This document shows, in pieces, positions 9,131 to 18,813 of a DNA stretch of 64,000 nucleotides. How positions within the stretch are numbered: the first letter of the stretch is position 1; each line of letters begins with the position of its first letter. A program made the translations under genes and the position numbers. This stretch comes from an uncultured archaeon (GTDB taxonomy: Archaea > Iainarchaeota > Iainarchaeia > Iainarchaeales > GCA-2688035), in NCBI GenBank assembly GCA_964640195.1, contig CAZXIC010000002.1, positions 81,743-145,742 on the forward strand, read 5' to 3'. The notes below the pieces were generated by a model. That model was not told the DNA's origin and made no database searches. It was given only the letters and a program-made list of their open reading frames with translations.

Positions 9131-10300
9131 ATGGGAAAATGGGGTTGGGTCCATTTCTTGAGCAGCTTCCCGCCGAGGGAATGCGGCATTGCAACCTTTA
9201 CGCAGGACTTGCTCGGGGCTGTTGAGAGAAACAACAGCATAGGCATTGAGTGCAGGGTTGCAGCAGTAAACGATAACATGTATTCAACCTACAACTACCC
9301 GAAAAGGGTAAACATCCAAATTGATGAAGAAGATGAGGAGTCCTATCACATAGCTGCGGAGAGGCTGAATAAAAGCAACAAGACAAGGCTTGTGTGCGTT
9401 CAACACGAATTCGGCTTGTTCGGCGGAAATTTCGGCTACTATCTGATTCCCTTGCTGGAGGAGCTGGAAAAGCCTGTTGTTACAACATTCCACAGTGTTC
9501 TGCCCGGCAACCCAAAGCCGGAAAGGCACAGGAAGTACGTCGTGAAAAAAATCTGCAAAAACAGCGAGAAGGTTGTTGTAATCAGCGGCTTTGGAAAGGA
9601 AATACTGATACAGCAGTATGACATACCAGAGAAAAAGATTGAGGTAGTGCCGCACGGCGTTCCGGCTGTTCCGTTCAGGGAGGAGGCAAAGGCAAAAAAA
9701 GAGCTTGGCCTGCAGGGGAGGAAAGTGCTTTCAACCTTTGGGCTGATGAGTAGGAGGAAAGGGATTCACTTTGCAATAAGGGCACTGCCAAGAATAGTGA
9801 GCAAAAACCCAGATGTGCTGTATATGATTATTGGCGAAACCCATCCGGTTGTGAGAAAGAAGGAGGGCGAACGCTACAGGAATTATTTGAAGAGGATTGT
9901 GAAGGAACTGCGGTTGAAAAGGCACGTAAGGTTTGAAAACCGCTTCTTGCCCATGCCGGATATATGCAAGTACATCCAAGCGACAGACGTATACATAACT
10001 CCCTACTATGACCCGCAGCAGGTAAGCAGTGGAACACTTGCTTATGCAGTCGGCAGCGGCACTGCCTGTGTTGCAACGCCTTACCTGTATGCAAGGGATG
10101 CCCTGAGGCACGGCAGGGGCAGCATAGTGAAATTCAAGAGCAGCAAGTGCTTGGCTGAGGCAGTGAACAGAATTCTTTTAGACAGAAGGCACAGGCTTTC
10201 GCTTGAAAGAAAGGCATTCAATTACACCAGGGGCTGGCAGTGGTCGAGTATTGGTGAGAGATACTGTGAGCTGTTCAAGGAGGCTGCAAGAAGGGATTAA
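9131..10300 (+). CDS. GT4-family glycosyltransferase (paralog of the previous gene)
   Basis: 'FLSSFPPRECGIATFTQDL' parallels the upstream paralog. C-terminal 'VYITPYYDPQQVSSGTLAYAVGSGTACVATP'. Start revised to ATG 9131. Confidence 0.8.
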   Translation: MGKWGWVHFLSSFPPRECGIATFTQDLLGAVERNNSIGIECRVAAVNDNMYSTYNYPKRVNIQIDEEDEESYHIAAERLNKSNKTRLVCVQHEFGLFGGNFGYYLIPLLEELEKPVVTTFHSVLPGNPKPERHRKYVVKKICKNSEKVVVISGFGKEILIQQYDIPEKKIEVVPHGVPAVPFREEAKAKKELGLQGRKVLSTFGLMSRRKGIHFAIRALPRIVSKNPDVLYMIIGETHPVVRKKEGERYRNYLKRIVKELRLKRHVRFENRFLPMPDICKYIQATDVYITPYYDPQQVSSGTLAYAVGSGTACVATPYLYARDALRHGRGSIVKFKSSKCLAEAVNRILLDRRHRLSLERKAFNYTRGWQWSSIGERYCELFKEAARRD

Positions 10301-10382
10301 GCTGTTTTGCTTGCAATGGCGCCATTGGCAGTTGGCAATCGCGTTAAAAACAGGTTAAGAAAATTAAGCGCCTTGGGCTTTG

Positions 10383-10419
10383 CTGGTTTGTTTTGCAAAC
10401 CCAGAATTATTTTATTTTT
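10383..10419 (+). terminator. Hairpin plus T-rich tract downstream of the glycosyltransferase pair
   Basis: CTGGTTTG-TTTT-CAAACC(C)AG stem-loop followed by 'attattttattttt'. Confidence 0.35.
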
Positions 10420-10439
10420 CAAAAGAGACAATATTAAGC

Positions 10440-10525
10440 GGTGTGGTTGGGAACGGTGAATCGTTAATCAGAAATGATTAACCGCGGGGATTCCTTGGAA
10501 TTCCGGTTCCCGTTTTTTCCACACC
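10440..10525 (+). ncRNA. Candidate structured RNA (three-way junction), unknown class
   Basis: Outer stems GGTGTGG/CCACACC and GGGAACGG/CCG(G)TTCCC enclose two hairpins: GTTAATCA-GAAA-TGATTAAC (10463-10482) and GGATTC-CTTG-GAATTC. Lies in a 370-bp intergenic gap. Strand not determined. Confidence 0.25.
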
Positions 10526-10681
10526 ATCTGCTTTAGGACGAAAGGCATCTATTAAACCCGAAAGAGCCTAAAAGACTTTGATTGCCCTTAAAGCATTTTT
10601 TTCTTCTAATTCCTTATTCTTCTTGCAGGGAGATTAGTTTTTTAAATAAGTTAACTGTTTATATTGTGAGGCTTGCGTGAA

Positions 10682-11380
10682 ATGGTTGAACCAGAGAGAA
10701 CAAAAACAGGCGTGCCTGGCTTGGATGAGATATTGTACGGCGGCATACCAAAAAACAACCTGCTTGTAATAAGCGGCGACCCAGGCAGCGGCAAAACATG
10801 CATGTGCCTTGAATTCCTCTACTACGGGGCAGTTAAATACAATGAGCCCGGCGTATACATCTCGCTTGAGGAAAGCGAGGAGGAAATTATCGGCTTTGCT
10901 GAATTGTTTGGGTGGGATGTAAAGGGCTTAATTGAGAAGGGGCAGCTGAGCATTGTGACAGTGGAATTGTACGACTTTGACAAGCTGAAGAACACTGTTG
11001 AGGACGAAATATCAAGGCTTAAGGCAAAGCGCTTGATTATTGACCCGGGTGTCGTGTTCAGGCTGTACTTTGACAGGGAGCTTGACGCAAGGAAAAGGAT
11101 TCTCAGCTTGGGCAGGATGCTGAAGAGAATTGGGTGCACCGCCATCATTACAAACGAGATTAGCTTGGAGAAGGCTGCTTCCCTTTTTGGCCTGGAGGAA
11201 TACGTTGCTGACGGCGTAATACTGCTATACCACACAAAGCTGGAGGACAGGTTCATCAGGAGCATAGGCGTATTGAAGATGCGGGGCACGAAGATAAGCG
11301 AAAAGCTGCACCCCATAAGGATAACGAATGATGGCTTGAAGGTCTTAGCCAACCAAGAACTTTTTGAAGAAGTGAAATAG
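10682..11380 (+). CDS. KaiC-like single-domain RecA-superfamily ATPase
   Basis: 'TGVPGLDEILYGGIPKNNLLVISGDPGSGKTCMCLEFLYYG' (Walker A), 'RLIIDP' (Walker B-like) and 'IGVLKMRGTK'. ATG 10682 preferred over TTG 10673. Confidence 0.8.
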   Translation: MVEPERTKTGVPGLDEILYGGIPKNNLLVISGDPGSGKTCMCLEFLYYGAVKYNEPGVYISLEESEEEIIGFAELFGWDVKGLIEKGQLSIVTVELYDFDKLKNTVEDEISRLKAKRLIIDPGVVFRLYFDRELDARKRILSLGRMLKRIGCTAIITNEISLEKAASLFGLEEYVADGVILLYHTKLEDRFIRSIGVLKMRGTKISEKLHPIRITNDGLKVLANQELFEEVK

Positions 11381-11382
11381 CT

Positions 11383-12021
11383 ATGAGGGAACTTAAAATC
11401 TTCCCTGCAGCCAAGAAAAAAAGCAGGGCAGCTGAGATAGACGAATTGATGCAGTTTCTCAAGCCTGGCAGGGAGCTGGGCATTATGGTCAGGAGGCATT
11501 TGGAGGAGCTGCCTGAAAAATACGTGGTGCTTGTTGTAACAACCCACAAAAACTACGCGCTACTTGGCGAACAGTTAATCAAATACTTTTTGGAAAAACA
11601 AGTCGCGGGGATTTTTGTTACGACGAACAGGCCCGCAGCGAATTTGATTGAAGTACTGCAAAGGGACAAACTAAACGTTGGCAGCGTTTTCTTTATTGAT
11701 GCCGTGAGCAGAAAGAGCAGTGAAGAAAAAGCGGGGGGAAAGAATGTAATCTACATAGATTCACCGGAAAACCTAACCGAATTGGACTCCGCAATAGGGG
11801 AATGCACTGAAAAGCTGCAAAGCAAAAACCGCTTCTTTGTTTTGGACAGCCTGAGCACGCTGCTTGTATACAGCCCCCAGAGAACTTTGGAAAAGTTCAC
11901 ACACAGTTTAAGCGGAAAAATGCGGGCAGCGCAATTCAAGGTTGTTTTCACCCTTGTAAGCAAAAAGGCTGAAACCATAGGCACCCTGGGGCAGTTCTGC
12001 GACAAGGTAATAGAAATCTAG
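11383..12021 (+). CDS. Hypothetical protein, possibly a degenerate RecA/KaiC-like fold lacking a P-loop
   Basis: Starts 2 nt after the KaiC-like gene. The beta-strand/helix pattern 'VVLVVTT...IFVTTNR...FFVLDSLSTLLVY' resembles RecA-fold cores, but no Walker A is present. Confidence 0.45.
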   Translation: MRELKIFPAAKKKSRAAEIDELMQFLKPGRELGIMVRRHLEELPEKYVVLVVTTHKNYALLGEQLIKYFLEKQVAGIFVTTNRPAANLIEVLQRDKLNVGSVFFIDAVSRKSSEEKAGGKNVIYIDSPENLTELDSAIGECTEKLQSKNRFFVLDSLSTLLVYSPQRTLEKFTHSLSGKMRAAQFKVVFTLVSKKAETIGTLGQFCDKVIEI

Positions 12022-12023
12022 AA

Positions 12024-13322
12024 TCAGTCAACTAATTCAATTTTTTTTCCGGCTGCATCCTGCAAAAGGTTTTGCACTGCCTGCTTCAACTGTGGAATTT
12101 GCTGGCTTTCGCTTCTCAGCAAAGCGGTTTTTTCCTCCAAAGCTGCTCTTTTCTCAGCGCTTCTTTTCCTGTCCTCATTTGCTTGGGCAAGCAGTTCGGC
12201 TTCTTTTTTCACAACGGGCAGGTGCCTCAACTGCCCTTCAATTCCTGCAAGTTGTGAGTCAATTTGGTTGAATCTCCAAAAAACCCGCTCAAAGAAGTCA
12301 AACGAACGTGCTTCCCTTAAAGCAGACAGCCGCTTCTCTTTTTCGTGCTCCTTGAAGTCGATTAAGCCCTGCCCTATCGCTTGCTCCGTCTCCTGCAGCA
12401 GCTGCTTCAGTTTCAGGGCTTTTGGGTCCTTTTTCAGGGCATTGAACGGGTTGAGCATCACATTGTTCAAAAAATCGGCAATGTCCTTTGGCAGAACAAA
12501 TTTGCCTGCATTTGCAGCCTTTCTCATCCTGTGCAAAGGCTTCTCAACTTTTGAGAACAAGTCAATTACTTCGGTTTTCGCCTGCTGCTTTTGGTGCAGC
12601 AAAGCAGACTTTTTCTCATTCAGCGCCTTGATTTGCAGAAATTCCTTGCCCTGCCGCAAGGAGTCCAAATTCCTCTGCGTGGCTTTTAGCCTTTGCTCTG
12701 CCTCAGCAAGCCCTTTTTCCAACACACCAACTTCCTCGGACAGGGCAGAAACATGCCCTACCTTTTCCCTTAATTCGTCCAGCGCTTTCTTCACCCCCTG
12801 CTGCAAAAGGACCGGCTCAGAAGCATCAAATAACCGCTGCGCTTCCGAGAACACTGAGTCAATCTGCTTTACAACGCTGCCAATCTGCTTGACCTCCTGC
12901 TTGAGTGAAACAGAGGTGTAGGCAATGTTCTTTCCAAAAACCCTGAGCTCGCGCTGCAATAAGATGCTTGCCTCAGTGCAGTATTTGCGCACAATCTCTG
13001 CATCGCTGCTGCTGGGGGGCTGCAGCTTTTCAATAAGGGAAAGAAGCTGCCTCTCAGCATTCCTCTTCGCGGTTTCCACAATTTTCTGCAGCCTCTTGTT
13101 CTCTGTTTCAACGCTGGCATTGCGCAGCCTGCCAAGAGCTGCCCTTAACTCTGAAAGCAGGTGCTTTATTTCGGCCTTCTTTCCTGCAATGCCCTGCTCA
13201 AGCTGTTTGCCCTGTTTTTCCGTGCTGTTCTGGAGGAAGCTCTCAACTTCATCCAGCCGCAGCTTAAGCACTTTTTGCTCTCTTCTTGCAAAAATTCTGC
13301 CAAAAAAGCCCATCTGGAACAA
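12024..13322 (-). CDS. Long coiled-coil protein, unknown function
   Basis: 432 aa and strongly E/K/L/Q-rich with heptad-like periodicity. No catalytic motif recognised. Confidence 0.6.
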   Translation of the reverse strand: MFQMGFFGRIFARREQKVLKLRLDEVESFLQNSTEKQGKQLEQGIAGKKAEIKHLLSELRAALGRLRNASVETENKRLQKIVETAKRNAERQLLSLIEKLQPPSSSDAEIVRKYCTEASILLQRELRVFGKNIAYTSVSLKQEVKQIGSVVKQIDSVFSEAQRLFDASEPVLLQQGVKKALDELREKVGHVSALSEEVGVLEKGLAEAEQRLKATQRNLDSLRQGKEFLQIKALNEKKSALLHQKQQAKTEVIDLFSKVEKPLHRMRKAANAGKFVLPKDIADFLNNVMLNPFNALKKDPKALKLKQLLQETEQAIGQGLIDFKEHEKEKRLSALREARSFDFFERVFWRFNQIDSQLAGIEGQLRHLPVVKKEAELLAQANEDRKRSAEKRAALEEKTALLRSESQQIPQLKQAVQNLLQDAAGKKIELVD

Positions 13323-13451
13323 TAAAACTAATTGAAATAGGAATTTAAAGGAATTGCGATTGAAGTGCTGAAATAAAAAAATCAGCGGAAGGACACTCTT
13401 CCAAAAGGGCTTAAAAAATGTTGAGACAGGGTTCTTAGAGGCGCAGTTGAA

Positions 13452-14111
13452 ATGATTGACTTCAATGAAATGGTTTCAAGGGTGCTTGAGAGGGGAATGC
13501 GGCAGAAAAGCATCGGGAGATACTACCCAAGCGAGATAGGCAACTGCATTAGAAAGGTATGGTACAGCTACAAGTATCCGCAAAAAATTGACCCAGAGAA
13601 ATTGAAAATATTTGAGGTTGGGAACATAATGCACGGCTTTGTGGTTGAAGTGCTGAGGAGCGAAAAAAACAAGGAGGTTAAGCTGCTGCAAAGCGAATTT
13701 CCCTTGCAGATTAAGATGCCTGAATTCACTGTAAGCGGCAGGGTAGACGACCTTGTTTTGGTGAGGACAAGCGGAAAAACAATTGTCGTTGAAGTGAAGT
13801 CAACAAAGAGCATTGAGTTTGTTAAAGAGGCAAGCCAAGGCCATGTAATGCAACTGCAGCTGTACATGCACGCAACAGGAATCCACAACGGCATCGTGCT
13901 TTACATTGACAAGGGGAACCTGCAAAGCAAGCAGTTCCAAATAGAATATAGCGAAAAGCAGGTTAAAGGGATTATGCAAAGGTTTGGCAAGCTGCACAGG
14001 TTGCTTGAAAGCGACCTGCTGCCTGCAGCTGAAGCAAAGAAGGAAGAGGAAATGCGGTGGATGTGCAAGTACTGCGAGTACGCTGAAAAGTGCGAGAAAA
14101 ACGAGGGCTAA
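13452..14111 (+). CDS. Cas4-like PD-(D/E)XK nuclease with Fe-S cysteines (stand-alone)
   Basis: N-terminal Cys ('IGNCIRK'), the 'GRVDDLVLV...VVEVKSTK' D..E-x-K nuclease core, 'QLQLYMHA' and C-terminal 'CKYCEYAEKC' (CX2CX5C). Confidence 0.75.
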   Translation: MIDFNEMVSRVLERGMRQKSIGRYYPSEIGNCIRKVWYSYKYPQKIDPEKLKIFEVGNIMHGFVVEVLRSEKNKEVKLLQSEFPLQIKMPEFTVSGRVDDLVLVRTSGKTIVVEVKSTKSIEFVKEASQGHVMQLQLYMHATGIHNGIVLYIDKGNLQSKQFQIEYSEKQVKGIMQRFGKLHRLLESDLLPAAEAKKEEEMRWMCKYCEYAEKCEKNEG

Positions 14112-16765
14112 CCTGCCTTTTTCTTACCTTGCTTTTCCTTTATTGCTGCCTGCGCTGCAGCTAATCGCGCGATAGGAACCCTGTACGGGGAGCAGCTCAC
14201 ATCATTCAAGCCGATGCTGTGGCAGAACTCGACGCTCTTGGGTTCGCCGCCATGCTCCCCACATATTCCTATTTCAATGCGCTTGTTGGCTTTCCTTGCT
14301 TTTTCAACGCACAGCCGCATCAAGAGACCAACGCCGCCTTGGTCAATGCTCTGGAAAGGATCCCGCTCATAGATTCCCATTTCAACATAGTGCTTCAGGA
14401 ACTTTCCTGCATCATCCCTGCTGAAGCCGCAGGTCATCTGCGTTAAATCGTTTGTCCCAAAAGACATGAAATCTGCTTCCCTTGCAATCTCATCAGCTGT
14501 AAGCGCTGCCCTCGGAACCTCAACCATTGTCCCAATCTTGTAGCTGACTTTGCCCTCTGCGCCTGTTTCTTTTGCAACCCTGTGCACCAGCTGCTTTATC
14601 CTGAGGAACTCCTCAAGCTTTCCAACCAAAGGAACCTCTATTTCAGGCAAAGGTCTTTTGCCTGCCTTTCGTAGGGCAAGCGCGGCTTCAAAAATTGCCC
14701 TAACCTGCATTTCGTTTATTTCAGGATAAACCAGACCAAGCCTGCAGCCCCTGAAGCCAAGCATCGGGTTGAACTCGTGCAGCTCCTCAACCTTGGCTTT
14801 TAGCTTTTCCTTGCTGATGCTGATTTCCTGCGCAATAGCTGCGACCTCCTTGTCCTCCTTAGGCAGAAACTCGTGCAGGGGCGGGTCAAGCAGCCTTATC
14901 AAAACCGGCAGGCCGTCCATTACCTCAAACAAGCCCTTGAAGTCTCTCCTCTGGTAAGGCAGCAATTTTGCAAGCGCCTTCTTCCTGCCATCCAGGTTCT
15001 CGGCAAGAATCATCTCCCTGACCGCCTGGATTCTGTCGCCTTCAAAAAACATGTGCTCTGTTCTTGTAAGGCCGATTCCTTCCGCGCCAAAACCCCTGGC
15101 AACCTTTGCGTCCTTGGGGGTGTCTGCATTTGTCTTAATTTTTAGCTTCCTGAAAGAGTCTGCCCAAGTCATGAGCTTTGCAAAGTCGCCTTTCAGCTTG
15201 GGTTCAACCAGCGGAATCTTGCCCTGAAAAACCTCGCCTGTGCCTCCGTCCAGGGAAATCCAATCCATTTCCCTAAAAACAAGCCCCTGTTTTGTCCTCA
15301 TTTCACCTGCCTTTTCGTCAATTGAGATATCGCCAGCACCGGCAACACAGGGCGTTCCCATGCCCCTGGCAACCACAGCAGCATGGCTTGTGCTGCCGCC
15401 CCTTGCTGTAAGGATTCCCTGCGAGGCGTGCATTCCCTCAACATCCTCAGGGCTTGTCTCCAAGCGCACCAGAACGACCTTTTCGCCTGGATTGTCCTCT
15501 TTCATCTGCTTTGCCTTCTCTGCGGTGAAAACTACCTTTCCAACCGCAGCGCCAGGGCTTGCGTTGATGCCCTTTGCAATAACCTGGGCTTCCTTCACCG
15601 CAACCGGGTCAAGCTGCTTGTGCAGCATCTGGTCAAGCTGCTCTGGCTTGATTCTCAGGACTGCCTCCTCCTTTGAAATGAGCCCCTCGCCAACCATGTC
15701 AACGGCAATCTTCACCGCTGCATGAGCAGTCCTCTTTCCAGCCCTTGTCTGCAGGATGTAGAGCTTCCTGCCCTCAATCGTGAACTCAAAGTCCTGCAAA
15801 TCCCTGTAATGTCGCTCAAGCTTTTCGTAAACGCCAAGCAATTGCTTGTAGATGGCAGGCATTACTTCCTTTAAGCTGTCAATCGGCTTTGGTGTCCTGA
15901 TGCCTGCAACAACGTCTTCGCCCTGCGCGTTCAGCAGGAATTCGCCGTAGTGCTCCTTATCGCCGGTTGCGGGGTTTCTTGTGAAGCTGACGCCCGTGCC
16001 GCTTGTTTCACCCATGTTCCCGAAAACCATTGCCTGAACGTTAACCCCTGTTCCGGCATCGCTGCGCAGGTTATTTATTCTCCTGTAGGCAATTGCCCTT
16101 GGATTGTTCCAGCTGCTGAAAACCGCGTCAATTGACATTTTAAGCTGTTGCCAGGGCTGCTGCGGAAAGTCTTTGCCTGCCTCTTTCCGCACAAGCGCTT
16201 TATACTTCGGGATAAGTGCTTTCAAATCAGCGGAATCAAGCCCGGTGTCATACTTCACGCCCTTTGTTTCCTTTGCATTGTCAAGCAGTTCCTCAAATTT
16301 GGCGTGCTTTACGCCCATTACAACATCGCCAAACATTGTAATAAAGCGCCTGTAGCTGTCGTAGGCTGCCCTCTCGTTTTCTGTTTTTCGGGCAAACACC
16401 ACAACACTTTCATCGTTCATTCCAAGGTTCAGGACAGTGTCCATCATGCCGGGCATTGAAACATAGGAACCTGAGCGCACGCTCACAAATAGGGGATTTT
16501 GCTTGTCGCCAAGCCGTTTTCCCATCTTCTTCTCCAGAGCAGCCAGCTTTTGCCTGACCTGCTCTTGCAGGCCCTTGGGCCAGCGCCTTCCCTCCTTGTA
16601 GAAGAGGTTGCATGCTTCTGTTGTAATAGTGAATCCATGGGGAACGGGCAGACCTGACTCAGTCATTTCAGCAAGCTGCGCCCCCTTGTTCCCGAGCAGG
16701 AGAACCCATTTCGGGCTGTTTGCCTTCTTTACCTCATTGAACGAATAAACATACCTCTTGCTCAA
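14108..16765 (-). CDS. ppdK: Pyruvate, phosphate dikinase
   Basis: 'LLGNKGAQLAEM', phospho-His loop 'GGSTSHAAVVARGMG' and PEP-utiliser C-domain 'FMSFGTNDLTQMT'. Start revised to TTG 16765 after AGGTGA. The track start is 16825. Confidence 0.95.
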   Translation of the reverse strand: MSKRYVYSFNEVKKANSPKWVLLLGNKGAQLAEMTESGLPVPHGFTITTEACNLFYKEGRRWPKGLQEQVRQKLAALEKKMGKRLGDKQNPLFVSVRSGSYVSMPGMMDTVLNLGMNDESVVVFARKTENERAAYDSYRRFITMFGDVVMGVKHAKFEELLDNAKETKGVKYDTGLDSADLKALIPKYKALVRKEAGKDFPQQPWQQLKMSIDAVFSSWNNPRAIAYRRINNLRSDAGTGVNVQAMVFGNMGETSGTGVSFTRNPATGDKEHYGEFLLNAQGEDVVAGIRTPKPIDSLKEVMPAIYKQLLGVYEKLERHYRDLQDFEFTIEGRKLYILQTRAGKRTAHAAVKIAVDMVGEGLISKEEAVLRIKPEQLDQMLHKQLDPVAVKEAQVIAKGINASPGAAVGKVVFTAEKAKQMKEDNPGEKVVLVRLETSPEDVEGMHASQGILTARGGSTSHAAVVARGMGTPCVAGAGDISIDEKAGEMRTKQGLVFREMDWISLDGGTGEVFQGKIPLVEPKLKGDFAKLMTWADSFRKLKIKTNADTPKDAKVARGFGAEGIGLTRTEHMFFEGDRIQAVREMILAENLDGRKKALAKLLPYQRRDFKGLFEVMDGLPVLIRLLDPPLHEFLPKEDKEVAAIAQEISISKEKLKAKVEELHEFNPMLGFRGCRLGLVYPEINEMQVRAIFEAALALRKAGKRPLPEIEVPLVGKLEEFLRIKQLVHRVAKETGAEGKVSYKIGTMVEVPRAALTADEIAREADFMSFGTNDLTQMTCGFSRDDAGKFLKHYVEMGIYERDPFQSIDQGGVGLLMRLCVEKARKANKRIEIGICGEHGGEPKSVEFCHSIGLNDVSCSPYRVPIARLAAAQAAIKEKQGKKKAG

Positions 16766-16875
16766 CAGGCTCACCTTATGGCTCAAAAAACTGAAAAAAC
16801 TGGCTCTTATACCCCCAAACAGCAAATAAATTCAACCAAGAAAAGGGTTTTAAAAGTAATGTGAAAAGCGCGCAG

Positions 16876-17436
16876 TCAGCGCCTTCTCACAATCTTTGGT
16901 CTTTGGGCAGTCCTTCTCTTCTTGGTTTTCCTGCGTGGCTTTGTAAGAAATTTATATTCCTCCGTGGAACCTGTTGCAGTATGCTCTAGAATCCTATCCC
17001 TAACAAGTTTTCTTATGAAATTCAGCCCATCAGGGGTAAGCCCACGCAAACAGAGAGTTGTTTTACGGCCAACCCCGTGTTGCATCCAGCTGAAAAGCGC
17101 CCTCGCTGGCGTCTTTCCCCTTGCCCTGGCATAATTCAGGGTTGCCGCCTTTTTAGCACTGCTTGCAATATGAAAGGAAGCATAAGGCTTTCCAGTAATA
17201 TCGTTGACCCATTGCTTGTAAAACAACGCAGTTATCGGCTGGTTGTTTGCGAGAACAACAAGCAGGTGATTTCCCCGTTTCCTGAGAGAACTTGGCTTTA
17301 CCGGCATGACCTTCCCGATAATACGGCGCGATTTCTCAAGCAAATCCCTTTTTTCTGCGCCACTCAACTTCGGTTCGTAACCTGAAGGAGTTCTCCAGGT
17401 TGCCACATCAAGCAACTGGAATTCCACTTTCTGCAT
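16876..17436 (-). CDS. Hypothetical protein with basic C-terminal tail
   Basis: 186-aa ORF with normal composition ending in 'KPRRKTKKRRTAQRPKIVRRR'. No motif recognised. Confidence 0.5.
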   Translation of the reverse strand: MQKVEFQLLDVATWRTPSGYEPKLSGAEKRDLLEKSRRIIGKVMPVKPSSLRKRGNHLLVVLANNQPITALFYKQWVNDITGKPYASFHIASSAKKAATLNYARARGKTPARALFSWMQHGVGRKTTLCLRGLTPDGLNFIRKLVRDRILEHTATGSTEEYKFLTKPRRKTKKRRTAQRPKIVRRR

Positions 17437-17452
17437 ATAAAAACAATTGCCT

Positions 17453-18148
17453 CTACTCCTTAATAACCGCTTTCTTTAGGGGATAGCGGCCGCACGTCTG
17501 TCTCTCAGGGCAATAGCCCAGCCTGTCGCATACTGGACCAGTGTTTTCAAACAGCAGCGGCGCTGCCTTTTTGCACAGCCTGAGCATTTCCTCTGCAAGC
17601 TGCCTTATCTCCCACTGGGCTCTTGCGCACAGGCGCCTTTCAAAGAAATTGTAAAGGCTTCTTGTGTTCATTGTTACGATGATTCTTGTTTCGCAGGCAT
17701 TCGGCAGGACAAAGCGCGCGTCCTCTGCAGGCGCCGACTTCAGCAGGGCATCGTAAGCTTTTCTTGTTTCCTCAATCATCTTTTCAAAAACCTTCAATGC
17801 CTCCTTGTTCCCCTTCACCTTCGGCGGGACAACAAAGTTAAAGCCGGTTTCCTTCACATACCTCTGGCTCTGCTGAGAAAAGGAGGCAATCCTGTGCCTC
17901 ACCAGCTGGTGAGAGCAAGCCCTGCTTATTCCTTCAATCGCAAAGGTGAAGGAAGCGTGCTCAAGGGGGGAGAGATGCCCTTCCTCACCCAAGCGCTTTA
18001 ACAGCTTTTTTGCATAATCTGGATTTACCCTTTTTTTAAGCTCTTCAATTGAAACCCCCGCATAGCACAAATGCGCTGCTGTTGCAGCGGTAATCCCTGG
18101 CTGTGGCGTGAACGCAAGCAGTTGCACTTTCAGCTTTGCCTCCGGCAT
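17453..18148 (-). CDS. thyX: FAD-dependent thymidylate synthase
   Basis: ThyX signature 'RHRIASFSQQSQRY' (RHRxxSxxxxSxRY). Length is typical at 231 aa. Confidence 0.95.
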   Translation of the reverse strand: MPEAKLKVQLLAFTPQPGITAATAAHLCYAGVSIEELKKRVNPDYAKKLLKRLGEEGHLSPLEHASFTFAIEGISRACSHQLVRHRIASFSQQSQRYVKETGFNFVVPPKVKGNKEALKVFEKMIEETRKAYDALLKSAPAEDARFVLPNACETRIIVTMNTRSLYNFFERRLCARAQWEIRQLAEEMLRLCKKAAPLLFENTGPVCDRLGYCPERQTCGRYPLKKAVIKE

Positions 18149-18214
18149 TTTCTCCCAACCCTATGGAAATTAGTGGAATTCAATTAAATAACTTTCTTTG
18201 TGCAATTAAATCCA

Positions 18215-18811
18215 ATGGCAGGGATAAAGGCAGTTATTTTTGACAGCGGCGGGGTAATGCAGAAAGGCAGCTGCAGGCACTTTTTTGAAGCGGTCCGCGA
18301 GAGCACAGGGCTGAGGCCCGAGGGATGCAAAGCAACCCCTGTGAGCTTTGATAAAGATGTTAATGAGGGCAAGATAACCACAAGGCAGCTGCTTGAGAGA
18401 ATGTACCCGGAAGCAGGCGAAAAGCAGCTGCAGGAAATAATCGGGCTTTGGGCTGCTGAGTGGCCCCCAAACCAGGAAATGGTCAAATTGGCAAAAAAGC
18501 TGAAAAGAGAGTATGTTGTTTCGCTGCTTTCAAACAGCGATGACGTGCATGAGAAGGTTGCGGAACGCAGCGGCTTTTTGCCGGTATTTGAAAAGCCTGT
18601 CCTAAGCCATCGGGTTGGCCTGGCAAAGCCAAGCCCTTCAATTTTCAGGCTGGCGCTGAAGCAGCTTGGGCTGAAAGCTGAAGAGTGCGTATTTGTTGAC
18701 GATGCACTGGAAAACATTGAGGCAGCGGAAAGGCTCGGCTTCAAAACCATCCACTTCCGCAACAGGCGGCAGTGCGAAAGGGAGTTAAGGAAATTTGGTG
18801 TCAAGTGGTGA
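18215..18811 (+). CDS. HAD-superfamily hydrolase (subfamily IA-like)
   Basis: Motif I 'AVIFDSGGV', 'LLSNSDD' and motif IV 'VFVDDALENIEAAERLGF'. ATG 18215 preferred over GTG 18200. Confidence 0.8.
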   Translation: MAGIKAVIFDSGGVMQKGSCRHFFEAVRESTGLRPEGCKATPVSFDKDVNEGKITTRQLLERMYPEAGEKQLQEIIGLWAAEWPPNQEMVKLAKKLKREYVVSLLSNSDDVHEKVAERSGFLPVFEKPVLSHRVGLAKPSPSIFRLALKQLGLKAEECVFVDDALENIEAAERLGFKTIHFRNRRQCERELRKFGVKW

Positions 18812-18813
18812 TT

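Noticed and set aside
10440-10525. tRNA interpretation of the structured element (7-bp terminal stem followed by an unpaired A)
   Set aside because: There is no T-arm (GTTCRANYC-like loop) adjacent to the 3' strand, and no D-arm or anticodon-arm geometry. The internal hairpins do not fit a cloverleaf, even allowing an intron.
10822-11547. 241-aa minus-strand ORF
   Set aside because: It is antisense to the KaiC-like ATPase, which has clear Walker motifs. The sequence is Ser/Phe-rich low complexity.
18184-18804. 206-aa minus-strand ORF covering the HAD hydrolase gene
   Set aside because: It is Ser/Cys/Leu-rich low-complexity sequence and exactly antisense to a plus-strand gene with clear HAD motifs. 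This is a typical shadow ORF.
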